A stretch of 64,000 nucleotides of DNA from an uncultured virus (IMG/VR IMGVR_UViG_3300044641_009778) (lineage: Duplodnaviria; Heunggongvirae; Uroviricota; Caudoviricetes). Positions 45,367 through 55,940 of this stretch are shown here, piece after piece (positions within the stretch are counted from its first letter, which is position 1; every line of letters begins with the position of its first letter). The translations under genes and the position numbers were made by a program. The notes under the pieces are model-generated. The model searched no databases. It was given only the letters and a program-made list of their open reading frames with translations, and was not told the origin of the DNA. The DNA is taken from the IMG/VR virus record IMGVR_UViG_3300044641_009778, one strand, 5' to 3'.

Positions 45367-47081
45367 CGAGCAGCTATCCTTGAAAAGTTTTGATGTTTCT
45401 CAAATTTAATTACTGAGCGGAATTTATCGAAAAGTTGATCGCCTTTGTGGCTAATGACAAATACTCTGGTGTCCTCGCCCAAGGTGTTCAAGACATTCAT
45501 CAGGTAGTCAGTGGCATTGTTGTCCAGGCTACTATCAAATACTTCGTCCAACAGCAGCAGATTGGTGGCCGCAGAGTTCTTCATCTTGGCTATGGTGCGC
45601 CAGGTAAACAGCAACGCCAGGTCGATGCGCTGCTTTTCGCCTTCGCTAAAACTGGCATAGCTAAAGTCGTCGCGGTGCCGACTTTTAATGGTTTCGTTGA
45701 AGGCTTCATCTAATTCAAAGCTCACAAAGAAGTCCATGGCGTTCAAATATTTATTTACCAGCTTGTTGATGATGGGCAAATATTGACGCACAATGCGAGT
45801 CTTGATGCCAGTGTCTTTGAGCAGGTTGCTGGCTATGTCCTGATAGTAACGTTCTTCGTTGAGAGCGGTTCGTTCGCTGTTCATGTTTACTACTTCTTTG
45901 GCCAGACCACGCAGACGACTCTTCTCTTCGTCGATGTTGCTGTTGTCATTGTTGTGTGTCTTTAGTTCGGCGTCAAGCTTTTGTATGTACTTTTGATTGG
46001 CAATAATGGCGTTGTTGTGTGCGATAATTTCTTTGTTGTATTTGGCTATGGTGTCACTGATGGTGTGAATCTCATCCAAACGATTCTGTACTGTTTCGAT
46101 GTTGTCGGCCAATTCATTCAGTGCAGTTTCAATCTCCGCCATGCGAACATTCTGAGCAGCCACGGCATTTTCTTTTAGGTCATGAGGCAGACCCTGCTGA
46201 CAGGTTGGACATGTATCGTTGTCGTGGTAGAACGCAATCTCGCTCTGAGCCTTGCCGATGCGTTCTGTCAACTTGCGTTGCAGTTCACTCAACTTACGCG
46301 CCTTGGCTATCTGAGTATCCTCGTCGGAAATTTCTTCTCGAAGTTTGGCAATGCGGATTTCCAACGCTACGGTGTCTGCGGTATTGCTTTCCATCTCATC
46401 GTTGGCTGCGGCAATCTGTTGTTCAATTTCTTCGCGTCGTTTTTCTGCGTCGCCCACCAGAGTCTTGATGTAGTCATCCTGCAGACGCACCTTTTCTTTC
46501 TGCACTTCGATGTCGGCCTCGATGCTTTTAATTGCATCCTTGAGTGCGCTGCTGCGTTCTTTGAGCAGGGTATTCATAGTGCTAAAGATGCGAATGTCCA
46601 GCAGGTCTTCGATGATTTCTCGGCGATGACTGGGCGGCAGCTGCATGAACGGAGTAAAACTCGCACTGCCTAAAATTACAATCTGTGTAAAGCTCTTGTA
46701 GTTTAATTTTAGGATGTGTTCTTCGAGATAGCGTTGAAAGTCTCGACTATCGGCTTCTTGATTGATTAGATTGCCATCAACATAGATTAGGAAGATTGCG
46801 GGCTTGATGCCTCGCACTATTCGATAGTTTCGTCGTCCGATGTCGAATTCAACCTCCACTCGGGCCTGTTTACCGTTGATTGAGTTGATGAGCTGCGGCT
46901 TGCTGATGTTGCGGAATGCCTTGTTGAATAACGCAAAGCAGATAGCGTCCAGGATGGTTGATTTGCCGGCACCATTCTCACCCACAATCAAGGTCGTGGT
47001 GCTGCGATCCAGCTGAATTTCTGTGCCGGCATTGCCGGTGCTTAAAAAATTACTCCAGCCTATCTTTTTAAAATTAATCAT
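45363..47081 (-). CDS. 46: recombination endonuclease ATPase subunit (Rad50/SbcC-like)
   Basis: GENGAGKST, CPTC hook, FSEGEK, LLDEVFD. Confidence 0.97.
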   Translation of the reverse strand: MINFKKIGWSNFLSTGNAGTEIQLDRSTTTLIVGENGAGKSTILDAICFALFNKAFRNISKPQLINSINGKQARVEVEFDIGRRNYRIVRGIKPAIFLIYVDGNLINQEADSRDFQRYLEEHILKLNYKSFTQIVILGSASFTPFMQLPPSHRREIIEDLLDIRIFSTMNTLLKERSSALKDAIKSIEADIEVQKEKVRLQDDYIKTLVGDAEKRREEIEQQIAAANDEMESNTADTVALEIRIAKLREEISDEDTQIAKARKLSELQRKLTERIGKAQSEIAFYHDNDTCPTCQQGLPHDLKENAVAAQNVRMAEIETALNELADNIETVQNRLDEIHTISDTIAKYNKEIIAHNNAIIANQKYIQKLDAELKTHNNDNSNIDEEKSRLRGLAKEVVNMNSERTALNEERYYQDIASNLLKDTGIKTRIVRQYLPIINKLVNKYLNAMDFFVSFELDEAFNETIKSRHRDDFSYASFSEGEKQRIDLALLFTWRTIAKMKNSAATNLLLLDEVFDSSLDNNATDYLMNVLNTLGEDTRVFVISHKGDQLFDKFRSVIKFEKHQNFSRIAAR

Positions 47082-48129
47082 CCTGATTTTGCGCTTCTAC
47101 GTAGAGTTCTTTTAGCAGAGTTTTGATCCGATCCTTGCTGGCATCGGTTTCCGTACTGTCCACAAAGGTATTGAGCAGGCTCAAAGTATCTTCTAGGTCT
47201 AAATTTTCGTCGTCCAGGGCATCGGCCTCGAACTCAGAAAAGTCTTCGATGATTTTTAATTCTAGCAGACCTGCACGATAAAGTCTATCGACAAATGCGT
47301 CAAACTTTGCAAAATCAGTTTTATTAACCACTACGAGCTTGACATTCTTTTCTGCAAAGGTGTTGACATCAAAACTCGCAGGATCGAATTTAGTATCATC
47401 ATAGGAAAACTTTTCAAACATCGTATAGGGATTGGCGACAAAGGTCAATTCCTGTGTCTTGGTATCTAAAATATGAAAGCCGCGCGGATCATCGAAGTCA
47501 TTCCAGGTCATCTCATAGGGATTGCCGAGATACTGGATGTTGCCTTTGCGACTACGATGATGAAAATGGCCGGAACAAACCAAATCGAATTTGTCAAAGA
47601 TTTTTGGATCCATGCCATCTTCGCTCTGTTGTCCTCGATGCATGACGAACCCAGCCAGCTCTAAATGACCCATGAGCACCGGAGCTGTGCTGTTCTTGAC
47701 CGCCTCCATGCACTCCGCATAGTTGTCGGCGCAGATCCAGGGCAACATCAGAATGTTGAAGTGGTCTAACTCCAGTGTGTTGGGACTACCATAGGTAACG
47801 ATGTTAGGATAATCGCTGAGCAGCAGATCCGGGCTATTTACTTCGTTGGTGTTCTTGAAGTAGGTGTCGTGATTGCCGGTGAGCATATGCACAACTATGC
47901 CATTTTCTTCTAGACGGTTGAAGAAATAGTCGCGACAGTTTCTTAGAATATTGAAGTTAATATACTTACGACGGTCAAAACAATCGCCAAGATGAATGAC
48001 AGTTGTAATATGTTCCCGTGTAAGAGTTGGAAAAAAGACTTCATCATAGAATTTCCTAAAAAAGTTATCGAATGGTAAACTATCAGATCTAGCTCCAAAG
48101 TGTGTGTCGGTTATCAGCGCAATTTTCAT
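47074..48129 (-). CDS. 47: recombination endonuclease nuclease subunit (Mre11/SbcD-like)
   Basis: DTHFG, LGD.FD, GNHD, SGHFH. Confidence 0.97.
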   Translation of the reverse strand: MKIALITDTHFGARSDSLPFDNFFRKFYDEVFFPTLTREHITTVIHLGDCFDRRKYINFNILRNCRDYFFNRLEENGIVVHMLTGNHDTYFKNTNEVNSPDLLLSDYPNIVTYGSPNTLELDHFNILMLPWICADNYAECMEAVKNSTAPVLMGHLELAGFVMHRGQQSEDGMDPKIFDKFDLVCSGHFHHRSRKGNIQYLGNPYEMTWNDFDDPRGFHILDTKTQELTFVANPYTMFEKFSYDDTKFDPASFDVNTFAEKNVKLVVVNKTDFAKFDAFVDRLYRAGLLELKIIEDFSEFEADALDDENLDLEDTLSLLNTFVDSTETDASKDRIKTLLKELYVEAQNQDD

Positions 48130-48308
48130 AGTTGGGTTTTAAGGTTTTCAATGCGGTCCTTGAGCATTAATTTTTCTTTTTTCATTTTGCTCATATCGGT
48201 ATCGTTAAGGTAACTGCTGTAACCCCAGGCTATGCTGTATTCTATTTCTCGGTGTCGTTCTTCTAGATGTTTGATGGTCTCTTTAAGGCTGTGTTTTTCG
48301 TCTAACAT
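48126..48308 (-). CDS. DUF465/YdcH-like small protein
   Basis: LEERH...KKEKLMLKDRI. Confidence 0.65.
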   Translation of the reverse strand: MLDEKHSLKETIKHLEERHREIEYSIAWGYSSYLNDTDMSKMKKEKLMLKDRIENLKTQL

Positions 48309-48317
48309 AGTAGCTCC

Positions 48318-48596
48318 TTAGGCAAATATATTTGACCATTGTTTGAGTTTGAGTTTTTTAGATTGTTTAGCAGATTCTAGGATGTCGGCGTTGAGTACGC
48401 CTTGGTCAATTAAAATGTCCACCATGGCCAAGACGTCGCCAATTTCCTGTTCTAACATGGCCCGGTGTGTGTACTGCATATCGGATTTGTAGTGTGCTGT
48501 GTGAAGGCCAAATCGTCGAATTTTGCTGACCTCTACTATAACCTCAGCGCATTCTTCTTGAAGGATACCCAAGGTTTCTTCTGTACGAGCGTTCAC
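48318..48596 (-). CDS. MazG-like NTP pyrophosphohydrolase
   Basis: EECAE...EIGDV. Confidence 0.75.
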   Translation of the reverse strand: MNARTEETLGILQEECAEVIVEVSKIRRFGLHTAHYKSDMQYTHRAMLEQEIGDVLAMVDILIDQGVLNADILESAKQSKKLKLKQWSNIFA

Positions 48597-49096
48597 GCAA
48601 ATAGATCCTCATTCCATTCGCGATGCCCTTCTCGAAACGCCATGTTGCTTTGCGTTTCTCGAACCTCGACTCGGTAACACCAGAGGCGCTCGGCTTCGCC
48701 TGGACCCCAGTAGTCTGGAATATAAACTCCGTTGACAAACTTATAGAGCTGATCCGCCAAACCTTCGCAGCCGAGTTTAGGCAAGATGGTGAGCTTGGCC
48801 AGATTCTTGGCCTGCAGCATTTTATAGGTTTCCAATTCTGGATCGTCTTCGGCCACCAGCAGAGTATGATCAAACTGACTCTCTAGTATGCCTTTGAGTT
48901 CTTTTAAACCACCGTAATCCGCTGCCCAGTTACGAACATCGAGATCGTTGGTGCCGAAATAAAACTTCATACTAAAACTATAACCATGAATTAGATTGCA
49001 ATGACTATCCGCACGCCATTGACGATAGGCGCAGGGAAATGCGTCATGATATTCTTTGGTGCTTACGTATTTGTAGGTGATTGCTTCTTTTGCCAT
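48593..49096 (-). CDS. queD: 6-carboxytetrahydropterin synthase
   Basis: CNLIHGY, DYGGLK, FDHT, GCE, VRET; own promoter 49132-49160. Confidence 0.9.
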   Translation of the reverse strand: MAKEAITYKYVSTKEYHDAFPCAYRQWRADSHCNLIHGYSFSMKFYFGTNDLDVRNWAADYGGLKELKGILESQFDHTLLVAEDDPELETYKMLQAKNLAKLTILPKLGCEGLADQLYKFVNGVYIPDYWGPGEAERLWCYRVEVRETQSNMAFREGHREWNEDLFA

Positions 49097-49611
49097 GCGT
49101 GCTCCTGAAAATCTGTTTCAATTGACTGTTGATTATATAATGCCATTGGTACTTTGTCAATTACCAGGCCAGCCTGTTTGATCTGCTCCAATCGAGTTTT
49201 TTCTATGTTATAGACTCTTTGACGCAGTTCGGTGGTGGAAAAACTGTGCTTGCGATCATTGAAGTAGAATTCAATGCCGCGATTTAGACATTCAGTTTTT
49301 CCGGTAAAATCCCGCCCCTGATACTCTACTCCGAGTATGCGAATGTCTATGGGATAGCTCAGAAAAATGTCGATCAATTCTTTTTCTGTGCTGTACACCA
49401 CAATCTCATCCACATACTTGCAGGCATCGATCTGCACAAACCTTTCAAATACACTTTGTATGGGTTTGTTCTTTTCTTTGGGGCGATCAATGGTGGGATC
49501 GGTCTGAAGCCCGACTATAAGATAATCGCAGTGTCGCTTGGCTTCTTTTAACATGGCGACATGACCTGCGTGAAACAGATCAAAGGTTGAACAAGTAAAT
49601 CCTGTTTTCAT
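49063..49611 (-). CDS. TagD-like cytidylyltransferase
   Basis: FDLFHAGH, RKHSFSTT. Confidence 0.85.
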   Translation of the reverse strand: MKTGFTCSTFDLFHAGHVAMLKEAKRHCDYLIVGLQTDPTIDRPKEKNKPIQSVFERFVQIDACKYVDEIVVYSTEKELIDIFLSYPIDIRILGVEYQGRDFTGKTECLNRGIEFYFNDRKHSFSTTELRQRVYNIEKTRLEQIKQAGLVIDKVPMALYNQQSIETDFQEHAWQKKQSPTNT

Positions 49612-50189
49612 TTAAATTTTGGTCCATGTGCCCAGGTTACTAAACTGTTTCTCCGACCGCGCTGCACCGGCGTTACTTCGTGCAGCATAAAGCTCGGAAA
49701 AACCACCAAGGCTCCGCGTTGACGCGGCACAGACATGGGCTTGTCTCTGCCGACATGCATCAATAAATCGCCGCCGTCGTAGGTTGAAGCATCGGTCAAT
49801 TGCAGCACCAGACTTAGTTTGCGACTGGTCATTTGACTTTTTACTCCGTAGACGGTGTCGAGATGCGGAGCATAAAATTCTGCGCGATCCTCGTTGTAGT
49901 TTGTGAACTGCAACGGTTCGTATTGATCTATGACAAAGCCATAGTGTTCGTTGTTGATTTTAGTCAGGCCAGAAAATACTGCGTCGAATATCCACTGAGT
50001 GTCGGTTTGAGGGTACAGCCAGCTCAGAGTGCAGCTTCGAGTATTGTTTGCAGTCTGGCCTTGAGCCAGCAGACCTTGTTCGACCTGACTGGCTTGCCCC
50101 ACAGCCACAATCTGATCTAATTGTTGATCAGTAAAGCCGCTGTGGGCCACAACAAAGGGTTCGACAAGTTCTTGTCGCAGCGGACGCAT
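49608..50189 (-). CDS. 2OG-Fe(II) oxygenase (prolyl-hydroxylase-like)
   Basis: HLD, RKLS, FPSFMLHEV, RNSLVTW. Confidence 0.9.
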   Translation of the reverse strand: MRPLRQELVEPFVVAHSGFTDQQLDQIVAVGQASQVEQGLLAQGQTANNTRSCTLSWLYPQTDTQWIFDAVFSGLTKINNEHYGFVIDQYEPLQFTNYNEDRAEFYAPHLDTVYGVKSQMTSRKLSLVLQLTDASTYDGGDLLMHVGRDKPMSVPRQRGALVVFPSFMLHEVTPVQRGRRNSLVTWAHGPKFK

Positions 50190-51217
50190 TAAATTTCTCG
50201 TCTAACTCTTGTAATGTCTGCATGCACCATGCCGCGGCAAAGCTCTTCAAGATTGGTGCGACTCTCCCAACCTAATTTTTCTCGAGCCTTGCTGGGATCG
50301 CCAATCAATAAATCTACTTCTGCGGGACGATAAAACTGCGGATTGACTCGCACCAAAACTCGTCCACGGCCAACTTCATAGGCCACTTCTTCTTCGCCCT
50401 GACCATCGAAGGCAACGTCGATATCGGCAGCAGCAAATGCCATCTTAACAAAATCGCGCACAGTTTCTGTGCGGCCAGTGCTGAGGATATAGCTGTCAGC
50501 GTTGTCCTGCTGCATCATGCGCCACATACCTTCAACATAGTCTTTAGCGTGACCCCAGTCGCGTTTGGCATTCATATTACCAAGTTCGATGTGAGTTTGA
50601 ATATTGTGCTTGATGCGAGCCACGCCGTCGGAAATTTTTCTAGTAACAAATTCCTTGCCGCGCAATTTACTCTCATGGTTAAACAGAATACCGCTGCAGG
50701 CATAGAGATTATAGCTCTCGCGATAATTAACAGTCATCCAGTGCGCAAATAATTTGGCCACACCATAGGGACTGCGGGGATAAAATGGAGTATCTTCGTG
50801 CTGTGGTATGGTTTGAACCTTGCCAAACATCTCGGATGTGCTGGCCTGGTAATATCGAATCTCTGGATTGATCATGCGAATGGCTTCGAGGAAATGCAGT
50901 GGGCCAGTGGCATTGATTTCTGCGGTAGTCAAGGGTTGTTCAAAACTCAGACCAACAAAACTCTGTGCAGCTAGATTATATATCTCCTGCGGCTCGGCCT
51001 GCTGAATGAGTCGCATGATGCTGCTGAAGTCAGTAAGGTCATAACCTACTAATTCCAGACGTTCATGATCCTTGATGCCGAGCTCTTCGATGCGCCAAAA
51101 ATTCGGTGCGCTGGTGTGTCGATATGCACCAAATACTTTATAGCCTTTTTCCAGCAAAAGTTCTGCAAGATAGGCTCCATCCTGACCAGTAATACCTGTG
51201 ACGATAGCACGACGCAT
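50189..51217 (-). CDS. gmd: GDP-mannose 4,6-dehydratase
   Basis: [32 protein letters not shown]; own promoter 51243-51271. Confidence 0.97.
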   Translation of the reverse strand: MRRAIVTGITGQDGAYLAELLLEKGYKVFGAYRHTSAPNFWRIEELGIKDHERLELVGYDLTDFSSIMRLIQQAEPQEIYNLAAQSFVGLSFEQPLTTAEINATGPLHFLEAIRMINPEIRYYQASTSEMFGKVQTIPQHEDTPFYPRSPYGVAKLFAHWMTVNYRESYNLYACSGILFNHESKLRGKEFVTRKISDGVARIKHNIQTHIELGNMNAKRDWGHAKDYVEGMWRMMQQDNADSYILSTGRTETVRDFVKMAFAAADIDVAFDGQGEEEVAYEVGRGRVLVRVNPQFYRPAEVDLLIGDPSKAREKLGWESRTNLEELCRGMVHADITRVRREI

Positions 51218-51260
51218 GTCGTTCCTCCATGATTAAAAACTTATTATAGATTAACTGCGG

Positions 51261-52346
51261 TTATTTGTCAATGAAGCTGCGAATGTCTTTGAACATTTTG
51301 TCGCCGCTGAAGAAGGTAGTTTGAATTCGATCCAATTGAGTTTCGAGATGAATACGATAGTTGTCATAGTTCTCAACAAAGTCAATGATATGATTGGCCA
51401 AGGCCGGTTTGGCTATGGCAAAATTGCTGTAGAAATCTTCGTCAACTTCGTACTTAAATGGTGCATCATAAATTTCTCGATATGATAATTTGTTCGGCAC
51501 TATGGGCAGACATCCTGCACTCATGGCCTCAAAGGTTCCGATGCCGAGATTTTCATGCTTATTGGCAGAGAAGATAACCTTGCAGGACTTTAAAAAGTCG
51601 TAGTATTGATCTTTGCTGAAATTCTGTTCCTGAGTTTTAACAAACTCGATCTCCGGATGAGTACGCTGCACTTCGTCTCGAAGCTCATCAAAGATCCAGG
51701 GAGCCTTGTCGTAGTTTAACCGATGCGGAAATACCACAATGTCTTTTTTAGGTTGTGTATTGCGAAGATTTTTAATCCACTCCAGGGGATACACACCAGG
51801 ACTGAAGCAACGCTGTTGGCGTGCTTCGGTGTTGTTCAAATCCAGAGTTTTTAGGAACAGATTGAGATTGTGACTGGTGCCAAAGAAGTTTTGATCTAAA
51901 GCATAGTAAATGCTGCGCTCCAGTTCTCGCGCCCAATTTTTATTTTCTATGGTGGCGCCGAGAATGTCGGTTGGATCATACCAGCCCGCATGCCAGATGC
52001 CGCCCATATAGACCTTGATGCCGGTAAGCTCACTCATGTACTTCACAAAGTGTACGGTTTGATTCCAGGCATCGGTAAAAAGAAAGTAATCGCCTTTCTT
52101 TACCGTACCATCACCGAACATTTTTGCAATTTTAGCGGCCTGGCTGGCCTTGTATTCGCAGGTGCCGGCAAAATTAAAGAATGCTCCGGCCTGCGGAGCA
52201 TCATAACCTTCGGCCGTGCCATGAATGTTTTGCACAGAAAATACATCGCCGAGATGTTTTTCGGCAATCTGCGGAAAATAGGTCTGCCACTGTTTGGTAT
52301 AGCGATTATCCAGTGGTTCGATATCAACAATATAGAGAGTTCTCAT
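51261..52346 (-). CDS. GT-B glycosyltransferase
   Basis: FPHR...K, ENLGIGTFEAM (Ex7E). Confidence 0.85.
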   Translation of the reverse strand: MRTLYIVDIEPLDNRYTKQWQTYFPQIAEKHLGDVFSVQNIHGTAEGYDAPQAGAFFNFAGTCEYKASQAAKIAKMFGDGTVKKGDYFLFTDAWNQTVHFVKYMSELTGIKVYMGGIWHAGWYDPTDILGATIENKNWARELERSIYYALDQNFFGTSHNLNLFLKTLDLNNTEARQQRCFSPGVYPLEWIKNLRNTQPKKDIVVFPHRLNYDKAPWIFDELRDEVQRTHPEIEFVKTQEQNFSKDQYYDFLKSCKVIFSANKHENLGIGTFEAMSAGCLPIVPNKLSYREIYDAPFKYEVDEDFYSNFAIAKPALANHIIDFVENYDNYRIHLETQLDRIQTTFFSGDKMFKDIRSFIDK

Positions 52347-53131
52347 CGGCGTTCTATGTCCTCTTCAATGCAGCTTTCGCCGTATTGAATTTCAATCATC
52401 TTCAAAGGTTCATTGGTATCATTGCAAAGTTGATGCCATTGTGTGCGAGGTATGTGCACATACTCATGCTTATTATATATGCCTACGAGGTCGACGTCGG
52501 TAGATTTTTCATCGATGGTCAACACCGTAGCCGTACCTTCGGCCACAAACCAATGCTCGGCTCGTTGCTGATGCTTCTGCATGCTGAGTCGATAACCTGG
52601 CTCCACAGTCAATTCTTTGACCTTGGTCTGATCACCTACGGTATGCAGTACTCGATAATAGCCCCAGGGCCGTTCGGTTTTAGGCGCCTTCCATTCCTGC
52701 AGTATCCAGCTGCTGCTGTTCTGTTTATGTTCGCCGCCTACGCCAAATCTAAAACTTAAATTGGGGTCGAGGTGATCTTGTTCGTTGATGTTGCCTTCGA
52801 CTCTATCACCGCCGTTGGCAAAAATAATTTCAATCTCAGGATCGGGAAACAATTCTCGCACGCGTTCGATGGCATTGCATGCTGTGCCATCATCGTCATT
52901 GAATTCTATGACTCCATCCACGCCGCGCAGATGTCGAATAATCTCTGCGCGTTCTTCCCAAGGCATGAACTCACGCCCCTTTTTACGACACAACCAGGCA
53001 TCGCTGTTCACACCCACAATTAGACCATCACCGAGTCTAGCAGCAGCATCCATGTAGGCAATGTGTCCGCTGTGTATGGGATCAAATCCACCGGTGACTA
53101 AAACTATTTTTTTAATTTCTTTTTCGCTCAT
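52343..53131 (-). CDS. cytidylyltransferase fused to type II mannose-6-P isomerase-like cupin
   Basis: GGFDPIHSGH, FANGGDR; RPWG, LSMQKH..RAEHW. Confidence 0.85.
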   Translation of the reverse strand: MSEKEIKKIVLVTGGFDPIHSGHIAYMDAAARLGDGLIVGVNSDAWLCRKKGREFMPWEERAEIIRHLRGVDGVIEFNDDDGTACNAIERVRELFPDPEIEIIFANGGDRVEGNINEQDHLDPNLSFRFGVGGEHKQNSSSWILQEWKAPKTERPWGYYRVLHTVGDQTKVKELTVEPGYRLSMQKHQQRAEHWFVAEGTATVLTIDEKSTDVDLVGIYNKHEYVHIPRTQWHQLCNDTNEPLKMIEIQYGESCIEEDIERR

Positions 53132-53523
53132 ACTGCTGGCCTCGCCCAATATTGTAAAATTGCTCCGTTTTCTCCGTCTTCAGATACTTCTACCACCATG
53201 TCGCGACCTGGATAGCGCTCCGCGGTTTTGACAATTATTTCCTCGGCAATCATCTCGCAACTCTTATAGTCGAGTTGCAGACAATCTTGTTGCCTTGTAT
53301 ACAGTGATTCAAGCCACCTTTTGAATTGAATGAATTCGATGTCGCGGTCGTTGTGTTCGACATTGATGCGCACCCTGAAATGAAAGATGTGGCGATGAGG
53401 ATAACCAAGGAACGAAACATCATATTCATCTCCGGTGGCTAGGTTAGGGTCGGTGAGTGCTGCAGGATACTTATGTATGCCTTCGCGTTGAAATGTTACT
53501 TCGATCCATCGTCGTATCATCAT
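53128..53523 (-). CDS. dpdL: DpdL-like QueD paralogue (T-fold)
   Basis: LGYPHRHIF = LxxxHRHxF; SCEM; EDGENG. Confidence 0.7.
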   Translation of the reverse strand: MMIRRWIEVTFQREGIHKYPAALTDPNLATGDEYDVSFLGYPHRHIFHFRVRINVEHNDRDIEFIQFKRWLESLYTRQQDCLQLDYKSCEMIAEEIIVKTAERYPGRDMVVEVSEDGENGAILQYWARPAV

Positions 53524-54770
53524 ACAAATAATCCTTCCAATGTGCTGGGTTCGGTATATTCTAATACTGGTTGTGTGTCCATGTAGGGACCGACATGTCG
53601 TAGCCAATGATCAAAATCTGCGGCAGTCTGTACTGAGTATAAGGCATCAAAGGCATTCTTGTCAAGTCCTTTGGCAAACTTCATCACGGCTTCCCGACTT
53701 CGACTTACTCGGTCTACTTGTTCGATAAAGTTCTTGATGCAGCTAGACACATACACAACATAGGTCTGCAGACTGTTATCAATCGAACCATGCTTGGCTT
53801 CGTAGGTTCGGCTGCTGATGTTTAAGCACTCATAGAAGGTGTCTACATCCAATTCATAGAACGGATAATTGCGTTTAATGTCTTCAAGAATGATGCGATA
53901 GCTATCGTCAAAAGCTCGAGTAAAGGTAAACGTGGTATCGTTCATGTAGTATCGACCCTGAGTAACTCCGCTGGTGTGCGTAGTCGAGTCATAGCTCATT
54001 TCCACATTCTGATATACTCCGTTCTGCATCATAATGATCTGCGGCAGCATGCGATATACAGATCCCACACCCAGCAAGTGCAGATGTCGGCTTTCCAATT
54101 CAATAGGCAGCTGTGAATAATAAAAGGCTCGTTTGATATCTTCGAGACTGCCTTTGCCCAGTGCCGCGGCTCCCATGGCTATACCGCCGATCTTTCGGAT
54201 ATGGTCCGGAGTGAGTTCGTCCACAATATACTCTACCCATTTCATATATGAGTCATAGTCATTGCCTTGAGCAATCAACATAGGGCGAGCATCACTGCCT
54301 TTTTCTTGAAAATAATCTATCTGTCGTCGGAGATTTCTTCCGGTCTCTCTAGCGCATCGCTCAAGATCACTGCGGTCAAAACGGCGATTAGTAAGGTCAA
54401 GCCGTTCACTGCGTCCGCTATCCAAAGTACGCACAGGAATAACGTCAAAACACATGGCAATAGTAGAATTTTTAGCTTGGCTGGCATAAACTTCTTCTTT
54501 GAGTTGGTCAGTAATGGTTTTACCCAGCGTAATCATCTGCAGTCCACCGCTGTCGGCATGGATGCTATGCACGTGTGGTCTGTAGTGTTCACCCATCCAT
54601 TCGCCGATGCGTTTTTCCACAAAGGCATTGTACAACAGGCTTACACGATGATTATTGGTATTGTTCAAGGCACCAAAAGTACGACAGAACCAATCCATGT
54701 TCTGCGGACTCAGGCTCTCAAGGTACATTAATTTAAAGTAACTGCTGCCACTAGCAACGTATTCAAACAT
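53520..54770 (-). CDS. dpdA: 7-deazaguanine DNA transglycosylase (TGT fold)
   Basis: DSGG, FD, QG, HLLGVG, SYDST; que-gene context. Confidence 0.85.
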   Translation of the reverse strand: MFEYVASGSSYFKLMYLESLSPQNMDWFCRTFGALNNTNNHRVSLLYNAFVEKRIGEWMGEHYRPHVHSIHADSGGLQMITLGKTITDQLKEEVYASQAKNSTIAMCFDVIPVRTLDSGRSERLDLTNRRFDRSDLERCARETGRNLRRQIDYFQEKGSDARPMLIAQGNDYDSYMKWVEYIVDELTPDHIRKIGGIAMGAAALGKGSLEDIKRAFYYSQLPIELESRHLHLLGVGSVYRMLPQIIMMQNGVYQNVEMSYDSTTHTSGVTQGRYYMNDTTFTFTRAFDDSYRIILEDIKRNYPFYELDVDTFYECLNISSRTYEAKHGSIDNSLQTYVVYVSSCIKNFIEQVDRVSRSREAVMKFAKGLDKNAFDALYSVQTAADFDHWLRHVGPYMDTQPVLEYTEPSTLEGLFV

Positions 54771-54771
54771 A

Positions 54772-55275
54772 TCAACTTCCCAGTATTTTCATTAGGTGTT
54801 TGGCCTGTGTAAGGGCGTCATCCAAAGCATTATGATATACTCCCTCGCGTTTGTCAATGGGAATATTTACTAGATTTTTCATGGTGCGGTAGCATCGATC
54901 TTCCCAGGGCAACCAAGGACGCGTCATGTTCACTGCTCGATAGGCATTGTCCATGATGACATTATCAAAGCCTGCGCCGTTGCCCCAGGTAGGCAAACTC
55001 TTTTTGCCGTACCAATCACTAAAGGCAATCAAACTGGCCTCCAGGGGCAGATTGTTTTTAAGCAAAGCATCGCGCGCTTCTTTGCTTTGTTTGCTCCACC
55101 ATTCTAAAGTAGACTTCTCAAAATGCAGTCCAACCTCTTTACAGGTAGCTGGATCTACGGTGCAATAAAATGTATCGATGATTTGATCATCTTGAAATTT
55201 TACTGCGCCAATGCTGGCTATGGCGGCATTTGATCTGGTGCTATAGGTTTCCAGGTCAATCATTACGTTTATCAT
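54772..55275 (-). CDS. DEDDh 3'-5' exonuclease
   Basis: IDLET, WGNGAGFD, HNALDDA. Confidence 0.9.
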   Translation of the reverse strand: MINVMIDLETYSTRSNAAIASIGAVKFQDDQIIDTFYCTVDPATCKEVGLHFEKSTLEWWSKQSKEARDALLKNNLPLEASLIAFSDWYGKKSLPTWGNGAGFDNVIMDNAYRAVNMTRPWLPWEDRCYRTMKNLVNIPIDKREGVYHNALDDALTQAKHLMKILGS

Positions 55276-55610
55276 CGTTTTGTTCCGTGTAGGCGAAGTA
55301 TGTTTACTTGATCATTGGGAGCCACATAAGCTCGAGCTGCTACTATAGTACCAAAATCCGCAGGATTTTGCATGCTGGTGAACTCAATCATGTTGTTGTC
55401 CAACATATAATTAGCAAGTTTTTGTGCTAGGCGACGTTTGAGTTCCCATTTATATTCATCATTGCTAAGTGATACTGTTTCTGAATCGTCGATGCGCGCA
55501 GTGACCTTGACAAGTTTACCACCGATGGCGTACTCGGTGGTTTCTATGTTGGCATCGTCTTCGAAGTCAGAGATCCTGGGCCAGGGTTTAAGTCGCGATG
55601 ATAAACGCAT
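55272..55610 (-). CDS. hypothetical protein
   Basis: Coupled ORF. Confidence 0.65.
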   Translation of the reverse strand: MRLSSRLKPWPRISDFEDDANIETTEYAIGGKLVKVTARIDDSETVSLSNDEYKWELKRRLAQKLANYMLDNNMIEFTSMQNPADFGTIVAARAYVAPNDQVNILRLHGTKR

Positions 55611-55930
55611 CAGGAAGCAGAACCATCTTCAGGCATGGGACGATATTTAATGGCGCCTTGCTGCAGCATTTCGCTGAGCACCATTTCTACAGATCCACCG
55701 TGACGAATAGAGTGACTACGAAATGCCTTGCCAATGCCGTAATGGTCGGCCAGCTTTTTATCCCAGCGACGTTCAGTGCGCATTTTATTCATGGCTCGGC
55801 GCTGTGCGCGGTTAGGACGAAAATTTTTAGCAAACTCTTCTTCGGCCGCGGCTGTATCCAGACTGGGTTCTTGAGCCTGCGCTGGAATTAAATCGGCTCG
55901 ATTCATCATACCATAAAGTAATTTATTCAC
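55610..55930 (-). CDS. hypothetical protein
   Basis: AGGAG RBS. Confidence 0.6.
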   Translation of the reverse strand: MNKLLYGMMNRADLIPAQAQEPSLDTAAAEEEFAKNFRPNRAQRRAMNKMRTERRWDKKLADHYGIGKAFRSHSIRHGGSVEMVLSEMLQQGAIKYRPMPEDGSAS

Positions 55931-55940
55931 ATCACTCTCC

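Noticed and set aside
53520..54770. tRNA-guanine transglycosylase for queuosine in the phage tRNAs
   Set aside because: It lacks the CxCxxC zinc site of canonical Tgt, and no queC/queF/queA is seen. The DpdL-like neighbour points to DNA.
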